From an uncultured archaeon (GTDB taxonomy: Archaea > Iainarchaeota > Iainarchaeia > Iainarchaeales > 1-14-0-10-31-34), in the NCBI GenBank assembly GCA_964608675.1, contig CAZSOZ010000001.1:64001-128000 (forward strand): a stretch of 64,000 nucleotides of DNA, written 5' to 3'. This document shows positions 29,731 to 38,597 of the stretch, piece by piece (position 1 is the first letter of the stretch; each line of letters begins with the position of its first letter). Below the pieces are notes generated by a model, which did not search any database, was not told the DNA's origin, and saw only the letters and a list, made by a program, of their open reading frames with translations. A program made the position numbers and the translations under genes.

Positions 29731-30693
29731 ATGGACAAAGGACTTCCTTGGGTAGAAAAATACAGGCCAAAAAAATTAAACGAAGTTGTAGGCCAAAAAG
29801 AAATAACTGAAAGACTGGAAAGCTATGTAAAAAAAGGTTCACTGCCCAACCTGCTTTTTTCTGGGCCGGCAGGAATAGGAAAAACAAGTTCTTCGGTTGC
29901 ATTAGCAAGCGAATTATATGAAAAAAGCTTTGAAAGAAATTTTTTGGAATTAAATGCATCAGATGAAAGAGGAATAGATGTAGTAAGAAAAACCATCAAA
30001 GATTTTGCGAGAACCATGGCATTTGACGCAGACTTTAAAATAATTTTTTTGGATGAAGCAGATGCATTAACTGCAGACGCACAACAGGCATTAAGAAGAA
30101 CAATGGAAAAATTCACTAAAACCTGCAGGTTTATTTTAAGTTGCAATTATTCAAGCAGAATAATTGAACCATTACAGTCAAGATGTGTTGTTTTCAGGTT
30201 TAAACCCTTGAATTCAAAAGACATAGAAGAAAAATTAAAAGAAATAGCAAAAGAAGAAATGCTTTCTTTGGATGAAGGAGCACTAAAAGCAATAACTTAT
30301 GTTTCACAAGGCGATTTAAGAAAAGCAATAAATATACTCCAAGCAAGCTCTTCAATCGACACAAAAATAAAAGAAAAAACAGTTTTTACAGTGAGTTCAA
30401 AAGCAAAACCTGAAGAAATAAAAGAATTAATAAATCTTTCACTGGAAAAAAAATTTCTTGAAGCAAGAGAAAAACTTGATGTATTATTATATGAATACGG
30501 CATGAGCGGAGAAGATGTAATCCTTCAATTATACAGAGAATTAATTGAAATGCCTGAAGAAGAAATAACAGGAAAAACAAAAATTGATTTAATTGAAAAA
30601 ATCGGGGAAGCCAACTTCAGAATAGTTGAAGGCGCAAACGAAAGAATTCAATTAGAAGCATTAATTGCTCAATTCATGAAATACAAAAAATAA
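29731..30693 (+). CDS. rfcS: Replication factor C small subunit
   Basis: PWVEKYRP, GPAGIGKT, ELNASDERG, LDEADAL, QSRC motif. Confidence 0.97.
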   Translation: MDKGLPWVEKYRPKKLNEVVGQKEITERLESYVKKGSLPNLLFSGPAGIGKTSSSVALASELYEKSFERNFLELNASDERGIDVVRKTIKDFARTMAFDADFKIIFLDEADALTADAQQALRRTMEKFTKTCRFILSCNYSSRIIEPLQSRCVVFRFKPLNSKDIEEKLKEIAKEEMLSLDEGALKAITYVSQGDLRKAINILQASSSIDTKIKEKTVFTVSSKAKPEEIKELINLSLEKKFLEAREKLDVLLYEYGMSGEDVILQLYRELIEMPEEEITGKTKIDLIEKIGEANFRIVEGANERIQLEALIAQFMKYKK

Positions 30694-30806
30694 AAAAACA
30701 CATATATTAATGCTCCATCACAGATGGAGCGATATATTCCGGTGCGCCCGATCGGAATCGGGCAAGCATTAATTGCTCAATTCATGAAATACAAAAAATA
30801 AAAAAA
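30656..30806. repeat. 43-bp perfect direct repeat (30656-30698, 30764-30806) flanking a 65-bp double-hairpin insert
   Basis: AAGCATTAATTGCTCAATTCATGAAATACAAAAAATAAAAAAA occurs twice; spacer has GCTCCATC-ACA-GATGGAGC and GCCCGAT-CGGA-ATCGGGC. Confidence 0.9.
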
Positions 30807-30837
30807 ATTATCCGAGTTATTTCCTAAAAAAAACAAA

Positions 30838-31209
30838 ATGAAAGAAATAAATAATACAAAAAACAGTATTTATTGTATGACTGTAATTGCAGGAATAATC
30901 GGCTTGTTTGTTCCAGGAACAGGACAAGTTTACCACAGAAAATATATTGAAGGAGCATTAATTTTCTTTTTATGGCTTTTATGGATAGTTCTTGCAAAAT
31001 ATTTTTTTGAATTAGAACCAGTTTATGTTTTGATTGGCTGGGGAGTATTTGCATTTTACAGTGCAATCGACGGAATACTTTTTGAAGACAAAAAAACAAG
31101 AGAAGAAGACATCAGAATAAAAGAATTTGAAGAAATGAAGAAACTAAAAGAAAAAAAAGAAGAATTTAAAAAAATAGATAAAGAAACAAGAGAAACATTC
31201 AATGACTAA
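30838..31209 (+). CDS. Small membrane protein
   Basis: GLFVPGTGQVY motif (PGxGQxY type) plus TM helices and charged tail. Confidence 0.7.
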   Translation: MKEINNTKNSIYCMTVIAGIIGLFVPGTGQVYHRKYIEGALIFFLWLLWIVLAKYFFELEPVYVLIGWGVFAFYSAIDGILFEDKKTREEDIRIKEFEEMKKLKEKKEEFKKIDKETRETFND

Positions 31210-32435
31210 AAAAAATCTGAAATTTTTTTTTGATTTAATTCCTTTAAAACTTTTGATTCAGTTAAATAATTTTTTAAAGGAACCGCTAATTTTGATGACA
31301 TAAATTTCAAAGCTAAATGCAAATCAAAAAACCTTAAAGGCTTTTTTTTGAGTGCATCGCGAACTGTTTCACGAATAACCCAAACACCTAAAGGAATGCC
31401 ATAGTTTTCGCCTATTTCCCTGAAAACAATTGCTTTAGCCTGCCTTCTTTCAGCATAAAGAAACTCGCATACAGCAAGCCTTGCAGCATAATATGCTCCA
31501 GAAACAGCAGAAGCATAATTTTTTCTTCCCTTGAATGACTCAAAATCAGAAACAATTCTTGTTTCTTTTCCCTGAATCCAAACAGATTCAGGTTTCCATG
31601 CTTCAAGTTGTTCAAAAGACCATGTTCCGGGCAAAAGCAAAACAAAAAAACCGTTATCCAAATAACTAGAATAAAATAATTGAATGAAATCTGTTTCCTT
31701 AAAATACTTTATTTTTTCAATTAATTTTTTTGAAACAAGGTCATCAACAGCAGTAATGCTCCAGCGGGTAGGAACTAATTTTCTTTTCTTTTTTAATCCA
31801 AGCAATCCAGCAGAAAGAATTTTCTGCAGGGAATTCACTGAAACATTAGAAAAATATAATTTATTTAATCCTTCAGTTGAAATTAAATCAGTATCAGAAG
31901 CAATGTAATCAATTTTTTTGGGAATTTTTGGATTTTCATTCAAAGAAAAACTTTTTAGTTCTCCTTTAGGCCCTGAAGGAACAGAAGAAAAATCAAAAGA
32001 AAGCTTGTCAGACAAAATTTTATTTAATTCAACAGAAACATTCAAAGGAGCAGAAGCCATAACGCTTTCCTGAATAAAAGAAAGTTCTCTTGAAGGATTT
32101 ACAGCAGAAAAAGCATTTGTTTTTTTTCCTGCCTGAATTAAAGTTTCCCTCATTCCAATTATTTTGTCAGAAGAAAAACCAAACCATGCCTGCGGTTCAT
32201 CAAAAAACTCTATTTCAGAAGAAAGAAAAGGAGCAGACAAAGGAGCAACAGAAACTTTTGGATAATTATTCCAAGAAACAAATAATCCTGGAGGAGAACT
32301 TCCTTCAAAAGAATTATTTTTTATTCCTGAAAGAGTTTTTGTTTTACGGTTGTGCCTTTCAAGAACTTTACAGGAAGACAAACCGCACAAAAGCCTGCCT
32401 TTGCAGTGAACGCATTCAATTCCATTAACTTTCAT
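31206..32435 (-). CDS. nreA: NreA PCNA-interacting DNA repair protein (DUF650/651)
   Basis: CxxCKGRLLCG..C, GSSPP, YPKV, LVPTRWSITAVD, GAYYAARL, PLGVWVIRE; C-terminal PIP box QKKISDFF. Confidence 0.92.
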   Translation of the reverse strand: MKVNGIECVHCKGRLLCGLSSCKVLERHNRKTKTLSGIKNNSFEGSSPPGLFVSWNNYPKVSVAPLSAPFLSSEIEFFDEPQAWFGFSSDKIIGMRETLIQAGKKTNAFSAVNPSRELSFIQESVMASAPLNVSVELNKILSDKLSFDFSSVPSGPKGELKSFSLNENPKIPKKIDYIASDTDLISTEGLNKLYFSNVSVNSLQKILSAGLLGLKKKRKLVPTRWSITAVDDLVSKKLIEKIKYFKETDFIQLFYSSYLDNGFFVLLLPGTWSFEQLEAWKPESVWIQGKETRIVSDFESFKGRKNYASAVSGAYYAARLAVCEFLYAERRQAKAIVFREIGENYGIPLGVWVIRETVRDALKKKPLRFFDLHLALKFMSSKLAVPLKNYLTESKVLKELNQKKISDFF

Positions 32436-32488
32436 ACAAAAAAAAAGAAAAAAAAGGATTAAAATAAGTTTGAAAGAAAAAGTTTTTT

Positions 32489-33127
32489 ATGCAAAAAAAA
32501 GCAGTAATAATTTGTAATGGAAGCATTAACACAAAATTTATTTATTCAGCAGTAGAAGAAAACGATTATTTGATTGCAGTTGACGGAGGAGCAAACAAGC
32601 TTGCAAAAACCAATTTTGTTCCGGACTTAATTATAGGAGACATGGATTCAATTTCAAAAAACACAGAAAAAAAATTCAAAAAAATATACAAACAAAAATT
32701 TCCAAAAGAAAAAGATTTCATTGACTTAGAGCTGGCATTAAAATACTGCATTAAAAAAAAATTCAAAGAAATAACTATTTTAGGAGCAATAGGCACAAGA
32801 GCAGATATGACATTAACAAACATTTTTGTTTTAACACAAATACCAAAAAAAATCAATGCAAAAATAATCCACGAAAACCAGGAAATATATTTAATTCCAA
32901 AAAAAAAGTTTTTTGTTCAGGGAATTCCTGGAGAAAAAATTTCTTTGTTTCCAATAAAAGAAGACATCAAAGGATTAACATTAAAAGGCTTTAAATATGA
33001 AGTGAAAAACTTTGATTTAAAATTCGGCTTAGGAATCGGTTTAAGCAACCATTTAAAAAACAAAAAAGCTTCAATTACGACAAAAGACGGATTATTGCTT
33101 TGCGTTCATTTCAGGAAATGGTTTTGA
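32489..33127 (+). CDS. thiN: Thiamine pyrophosphokinase
   Basis: AVDGGAN, IGDMDS, EKDFIDLELAL, GAIGTRADM, GLSN. Confidence 0.92.
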   Translation: MQKKAVIICNGSINTKFIYSAVEENDYLIAVDGGANKLAKTNFVPDLIIGDMDSISKNTEKKFKKIYKQKFPKEKDFIDLELALKYCIKKKFKEITILGAIGTRADMTLTNIFVLTQIPKKINAKIIHENQEIYLIPKKKFFVQGIPGEKISLFPIKEDIKGLTLKGFKYEVKNFDLKFGLGIGLSNHLKNKKASITTKDGLLLCVHFRKWF

Positions 33128-33167
33128 ATTTAAACCTTCTAGTTCTGTTTTTTTATCAGGTGGTCTA

Positions 33168-34184
33168 ATGAAAAATAAAATTCTTTTATTTACTGCATTA
33201 ATTTCAGTTTTGTTTTTGTTTGGATGCACACAACAAAAAACAGACAACATGCTTATAGTGTATACTTATGATTCAATGATTTCAGAATACGGTTTAGGGC
33301 CAAAAATAATTCCAAAATTTGAAGAAGAATGCAACTGCAAAATTAAAATGGTTTCAAAAGGAGACGCAGGACAGCTTTTAAGTACAATAGTATTAGAAAA
33401 AGACAACCCAAAAGCAGATGTTGTATTAGGATTAGACAACAGTTTAATTCACAAAGCAGTAAACGAAAACGTGCTGGAAAAATTTACTCCAAAAAACAAA
33501 CACGTAATAAAAGAAGGAATTGAATTCCATGAAAAAATTTATCTGACTCCATACGATTACGGTTTTATTGCATTCATGTATGACTCAAAAAAAATTGACG
33601 TTGAATTAAACAGTTTTGATTCATTGCTTGACTCCAGCCTTGAAAACAAAATAATAATAGAAAATCCAAGAACTTCTTCTCCCGGACTGGCACTGCTTTT
33701 ATGGACAATAAAAGTTTACGGCGACCCTGAATACAAAGATTACTGGCAGGAATTAAAGCCAAACATTCTGGTTGTAACTGATGGCTGGGACGAAGCAGCA
33801 GGATTATTCAGGGCAGGAGAAGCACCAGTTTACTTGAGTTATGCCACTTCTCCACCATACTACGTTGAATTTGAAGACACAAAAAATTTTCTTGCAGCAG
33901 AATTTAAAGAAGGACATTACATGCAGATAGAAGGAATGGGAATAATAAAAGGAACAAAAAACAGGAAACTAGCAGAAAAATTCATTGAATTCATGCTAAC
34001 AGAAGAAACACAAAAAGAAATTCCTTTCACTCAATTCATGTTTCCTGCAAACAAAAATGTTGAACTTCCAAAAGCATTTGAATACGCGGTAATGCCTGAC
34101 AAAAAACTTGAATTGAATCCAAAATTAGTTGAAGAAAAACAAGAGGAATGGATTTCAGAATGGGAAAAAATAATGACTTCCTAG
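33168..34184 (+). CDS. thiB: Thiamine ABC transporter substrate-binding lipoprotein
   Basis: Lipobox LFGC, VYTYDS, ADVVLGLDN, PRTSSPG, SYATSP.Y. Confidence 0.92.
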   Translation: MKNKILLFTALISVLFLFGCTQQKTDNMLIVYTYDSMISEYGLGPKIIPKFEEECNCKIKMVSKGDAGQLLSTIVLEKDNPKADVVLGLDNSLIHKAVNENVLEKFTPKNKHVIKEGIEFHEKIYLTPYDYGFIAFMYDSKKIDVELNSFDSLLDSSLENKIIIENPRTSSPGLALLLWTIKVYGDPEYKDYWQELKPNILVVTDGWDEAAGLFRAGEAPVYLSYATSPPYYVEFEDTKNFLAAEFKEGHYMQIEGMGIIKGTKNRKLAEKFIEFMLTEETQKEIPFTQFMFPANKNVELPKAFEYAVMPDKKLELNPKLVEEKQEEWISEWEKIMTS

Positions 34185-35749
34185 CATTAAAAATTTTATT
34201 GCTTGGATTTTTTTTCTTTTTCTTTTTTTTTCCTTTAGCAAACATTTTTTTCAGGTTTCTTTCAGGAACAAATTTTTTTTATTTAATTAATGCTCTGGCT
34301 TCAAACAAAACATTAATCTGGAATTCATTTTATCAGGCAGGAGTTTCAACTGCATTGTGTTTGCTGATAGGAATTCCTTCCGCGTTTGTGGTTGCAAGAA
34401 GAAATTTTTTTGGAAAAAAAATTATAAAAGCATTAAGTTTGATTCCGTTTGTTTTTCCTTCAATTTTAGTTGTAATTTCCTTTGTAATAGTTTTTGGAAA
34501 CAACGGCTGGATAAATTTTTTCTTAAAAAATTTTTTGGGATTCAAAGAACACTTTCAGTTTTTGTATGGTTTTACAGGAATCATTTTAGCTCACACGTTT
34601 TATAATTTTCCTTTAGTTATGAGGTTTGTTTCAAGTGCATGGGAAAAACTTGACGGAACAATGAAAGAATCAGCAAAAAGTTTAGGGGCAAACAAACTGC
34701 AGGTTTTTTGGAATATTACGTTAAGGCAGTTAATGCCTTCAATTGCTGCTTCTGCTTCGCTTGTATTCATTTACTGTTTTATGAGTTTTGCAATAATAAT
34801 AACTTTAGGAGGAATTCAATTCTCTACCTTGGAAGTAGAAATTTACCGGCAGATAACAAGAAACATTAATTTTTCTCTTGCATCCTTTCTTGCATTATTT
34901 CAATTTATTGTATTGAGTTTAATTGGATTAATTTATTTTTATTCGTCAAAAAAATTTGAAATAAAAGAAAAAGGCGTATTAGAAAAACCAAAAAAAATTT
35001 CATTAATTGAAACAGGGTTTCTTCTTATTATTATAAGCTTTATTGTTCTGCCAATAATTGCATTAATTGCTTTTGCTTTCTTTAATCCAAACACAGGAGA
35101 ATTTTCCTTGAATGCATTCCAAAAAATATTTTTTTACGGATATGAAAGTTTGCTGGGAACAAACGCAATAACTTCAATTGCATACAGTTTAATTATTGCA
35201 TTCATTGCATCAATTGTTTCTTCATTAATTGGATTAACTGCTTCTTTAAAGCAGACAAGAATTCCAATAATTAATGTTTTTGTAGGTTCATCCATTGCAG
35301 TTTCAACAATAACTCTTGCTTTTGGTTATTTGCTGGGATTCGGTTCAGGAAACCTTATAATTATTGCTTTGGGCCATTCGCTTCTTGCATTTCCTTTTTC
35401 ATTCCGTGTATTAAACAACGCATTAAACAAAATAGACGAAGAAAGCATTGAATCAGCAAAAAGTTTAGGAGCCAGCGAAATAGAAGTCTTCAAAAAAATA
35501 CAGTTTCCAAGAATAAAAAATGCATTAATTGTTTCAATTGCATTCTGTTTTGCTGTTTCATTAGGCGAATTAGGTTTTGTTTTGGTTTTATATGACGGAA
35601 TTTATGCTACCATGCCTGTATATATTTTCAGGCTTCTGTCAACATTTGATTTAGCTGCAGCTTCAGCCATGGGATTAATTTTAATTTTAATTTCATTTAC
35701 TGCATTTTATGCAATAGAAATATTTTCAAAAAACGAGCAGGTGCTTTAA
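34148..35749 (+). CDS. thiP: Thiamine ABC transporter permease
   Basis: Two EAA-loop repeats (ESAKSLGA), AHTFYNFP, TLEVEIY, SLGELG. Confidence 0.9.
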   Translation: MDFRMGKNNDFLALKILLLGFFFFFFFFPLANIFFRFLSGTNFFYLINALASNKTLIWNSFYQAGVSTALCLLIGIPSAFVVARRNFFGKKIIKALSLIPFVFPSILVVISFVIVFGNNGWINFFLKNFLGFKEHFQFLYGFTGIILAHTFYNFPLVMRFVSSAWEKLDGTMKESAKSLGANKLQVFWNITLRQLMPSIAASASLVFIYCFMSFAIIITLGGIQFSTLEVEIYRQITRNINFSLASFLALFQFIVLSLIGLIYFYSSKKFEIKEKGVLEKPKKISLIETGFLLIIISFIVLPIIALIAFAFFNPNTGEFSLNAFQKIFFYGYESLLGTNAITSIAYSLIIAFIASIVSSLIGLTASLKQTRIPIINVFVGSSIAVSTITLAFGYLLGFGSGNLIIIALGHSLLAFPFSFRVLNNALNKIDEESIESAKSLGASEIEVFKKIQFPRIKNALIVSIAFCFAVSLGELGFVLVLYDGIYATMPVYIFRLLSTFDLAAASAMGLILILISFTAFYAIEIFSKNEQVL

Positions 35750-36591
35750 TGAAAATAAAAATAAAAGAACTCAAAAAAAAATTTCCTGAACTGAAAATAA
35801 GTTTTTCTCTTGAAATTGCATCAGGAAGCTTTACTTCAATTGTCGGACCCAGCGGAAGCGGAAAAACCACTTTGCTTAAATTAATTGCAGGGCTTCTTGA
35901 AACAGAAAAAGGAATAATTTTTTTCGGAGAAAAAAACGTGACTGAATTGCCAACAGAAAAAAGAAACATTGGATTAGTGTTTCAGTCAGATGCATTGTTT
36001 TCTCATTTAAATGTATTTGATAATATTGGGTTTGGATTAAAAATGAGAAAAAAAAGCAGGCAGGAAATTCAAGAAAAAGTTTTAAAGGCCCTGAAATTAG
36101 TACATTTAAAGGGATTTGAAAAAAGAAAAGTAAACAATTTAAGCGGAGGAGAAAAAAGAAGAACTGCAATAGCAAGAGCAATTGCATTTGAACCTGACCT
36201 GCTATTATTAGATGAACCATTAAGCGGACTGGATGCAAAACTAAAAGAAAAAATGAAAGTGTTTTTGAAGGAATTAAACAAAAAAACCGGCTTAACTACA
36301 ATAATGGTGACTCACGATATTGATGAAGCATTTTTTTTAAGCGACAAAATTGTTGTAATAAACCAGGGAAAAAAAGAACAAGAAGACACTCCTGAAAACA
36401 TTTTTTTGAATCCAAAAAATTCTTTTGTAAAAAACTTTGTTTCTGATTACATTTTGATTGAAGGAAAACAAAAAACTGTTAATAGAAGAAAAATGATTCA
36501 AGGAAAATTTTTGCTGCCGGTTAAAGAAAAACAAAAAGGAAGAGCTTTCATCAACTTCAAAAAAACAAACTACAAGTTTTTTGATAGTTAA
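35749..36591 (+). CDS. thiQ: Thiamine ABC transporter ATP-binding protein
   Basis: GPSGSGKT, LSGGEKRR, LLLDEP, VTHD; operon with thiBP. Confidence 0.85.
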   Translation: MKIKIKELKKKFPELKISFSLEIASGSFTSIVGPSGSGKTTLLKLIAGLLETEKGIIFFGEKNVTELPTEKRNIGLVFQSDALFSHLNVFDNIGFGLKMRKKSRQEIQEKVLKALKLVHLKGFEKRKVNNLSGGEKRRTAIARAIAFEPDLLLLDEPLSGLDAKLKEKMKVFLKELNKKTGLTTIMVTHDIDEAFFLSDKIVVINQGKKEQEDTPENIFLNPKNSFVKNFVSDYILIEGKQKTVNRRKMIQGKFLLPVKEKQKGRAFINFKKTNYKFFDS

Positions 36592-36625
36592 ACATTTAAA
36601 AAAGCTTCAATAGAGTAATTTATTC

Positions 36626-38533
36626 ATGGCCGAAATAGAATTAATTTTGCCGGATGAATCCAAATTAAAAGTAAAAAAAGGCATTAAAGGAATTGATGCA
36701 GCAAAAAAAATAGGAAAAAAACTGGCAAAAGACGCTTTAGCAGTAAAAGTAAACGGAGAATTAAAGCCGTTAGAATCTGAAATACAAGAAAACTCTTCTT
36801 TTAATGTAATTACAAAGAATTCAAAAGAAGGACTGGAAGTTTTAAGGCATTCTGCTTCACATGTACTGGCAGAAGCAGTAAAAGAATTATGGCCAAACAC
36901 AAAACTTGGAATAGGCCCTGCAATAGAAGACGGATTTTATTATGATTTCTTTAAAAAAGAACCTTTTACTCCAGAAGACCTAAAAAAAATAGAAGAAAAA
37001 ATGAAAGAAATAATCAAAAAAAACAAAGAATTCAAAGAAAAAGAAATGAAAAAAGAAGAAGCATTAAAGTTTTTTTCACAAAAAGGAGAAAAATTTAAAG
37101 TAGAATTAATCAGAGAACTTGAAGGAAGGATTTCATTTTATGAATCAGGAAAATTCATTGATTTATGCAAAGGCCCCCACATAAAAAAAACCGGAGAAAT
37201 AAAAGCATTCAAATTACTGAGTACAGGCGGAGCATACTGGAAAGGAAGCGAAGAAAACGAAATGCTTCAAAGAATTTACGGAACAGCATTCTTTTCACAA
37301 AAAGAATTAGATGAATTCCTGAAAAAAAAAGAAGAAGCAGAAAAAAGAGACCATAGAAAAATAGGAAAACAACTGGATTTGTTTTCAATTAATGAAACCG
37401 TTGGAAGCGGATTTATTTTATGGCATCCGAAAGGAACAGCATTAAGAAACGCAGTAATGAAATTTGATGAAAAAGAACACCTGAAAAGAGGATACGAATT
37501 TGTAACAACCCCTCATATATTCAAAGGAGAAACATGGGATATTTCAGGGCATTCAGGCTACTACAAAGAAAACATGTATTTTCTGGAAATAGACAAACAA
37601 AAATATGGAATAAAGCCAATGAATTGCCCTGCACACATAATGATATACAAAAACAACCAGCATTCTTACAGAGAACTTCCAATAAAATACTTTGAATTCG
37701 GAACAGTTTATAGATACGAAAAATCAGGAGTATTAGGAGGCCTATTCAGAGTAAGAGGGTTCACTCAAGATGACGCACACATTTTCTGTACTCCGGAACA
37801 ATTACAGGAAGAAATAAAAAAAGTAATTGAATTCTGCTTGTTTGTATTCAAGACATTTGGATTCAAAGATATTGCAGTCAAGCTGTCAACAAAACCAGAC
37901 AAAGCAATAGGAAATGAAGAACAATGGAAAAAAGCAGAAGAAGCATTAAAAAAAGCCTTAAATGAAACACAATTAAAATACGAATTAGATGAAGGCGAAG
38001 GAGTTTTTTACGGGCCAAAAATTGATTTCAAAGTAAAAGATTCAATTAAAAGAGAATGGCAGTTAAGCACAATTCAAGTGGACTTTAATTTGCCTGAAAG
38101 ATTTGATGCAGTGTACATAGGAGAAGACTCAAAAAAACACAGAACTATAATGATTCATCGCGCAATTTTTGGTTCACTGGAAAGATTTATTGGAATACTA
38201 ATAGAACACTTTGAAGGAAAATTTCCTTTATGGTTAAGTCCAGTACAGTTTAAAGTTCTGGCAGTAGGAGAAAAATTCGAAGACTATGCCAAAGAAATAA
38301 ACAAAAAATTACAGGAAAACAAATTCAGAACTGAATTAGATTTGAGAGCAGAAACAGTTTCATACAAAATAAGAGAGGGACAACTCCAAAAAATCCCATA
38401 CATAATTGTAGTCGGAGAAAGAGAAAAAGAAAAAAGAACAATAACAGCAAGAGACAGAGAAGGAAAACAAAAAACTGTTTCTTTAGATGAATTCATTCAA
38501 GAAAAAAAAGAAGAAATACAAGAAAAAAAATAG
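36626..38533 (+). CDS. thrS: Threonine-tRNA ligase (bacterial-type, TGS plus editing domain)
   Basis: TGS N-terminus, RHSASH, DLCKGPH, RDHRKIG, KPMNCP, FTQDDAH, HRAIFGSLERF. Confidence 0.97.
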   Translation: MAEIELILPDESKLKVKKGIKGIDAAKKIGKKLAKDALAVKVNGELKPLESEIQENSSFNVITKNSKEGLEVLRHSASHVLAEAVKELWPNTKLGIGPAIEDGFYYDFFKKEPFTPEDLKKIEEKMKEIIKKNKEFKEKEMKKEEALKFFSQKGEKFKVELIRELEGRISFYESGKFIDLCKGPHIKKTGEIKAFKLLSTGGAYWKGSEENEMLQRIYGTAFFSQKELDEFLKKKEEAEKRDHRKIGKQLDLFSINETVGSGFILWHPKGTALRNAVMKFDEKEHLKRGYEFVTTPHIFKGETWDISGHSGYYKENMYFLEIDKQKYGIKPMNCPAHIMIYKNNQHSYRELPIKYFEFGTVYRYEKSGVLGGLFRVRGFTQDDAHIFCTPEQLQEEIKKVIEFCLFVFKTFGFKDIAVKLSTKPDKAIGNEEQWKKAEEALKKALNETQLKYELDEGEGVFYGPKIDFKVKDSIKREWQLSTIQVDFNLPERFDAVYIGEDSKKHRTIMIHRAIFGSLERFIGILIEHFEGKFPLWLSPVQFKVLAVGEKFEDYAKEINKKLQENKFRTELDLRAETVSYKIREGQLQKIPYIIVVGEREKEKRTITARDREGKQKTVSLDEFIQEKKEEIQEKK

Positions 38534-38597
38534 CTTCTAATTTTATTTTTTTTAGTTAAATTTAAATAATCTAAAGCGGTTTTGTTATAGGAGAAAC

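Noticed and set aside
30656-30806. CRISPR array or diversity-generating retroelement TR/VR pair
   Set aside because: Only two repeat copies, the repeat is the end of a coding gene, no cas or reverse transcriptase is present, and copies are identical with no adenine-specific differences.
32436-32488. TPP riboswitch upstream of thiamine operon
   Set aside because: Gap is 53 bp and almost all A/T, with no GCTGAGA or structured core.
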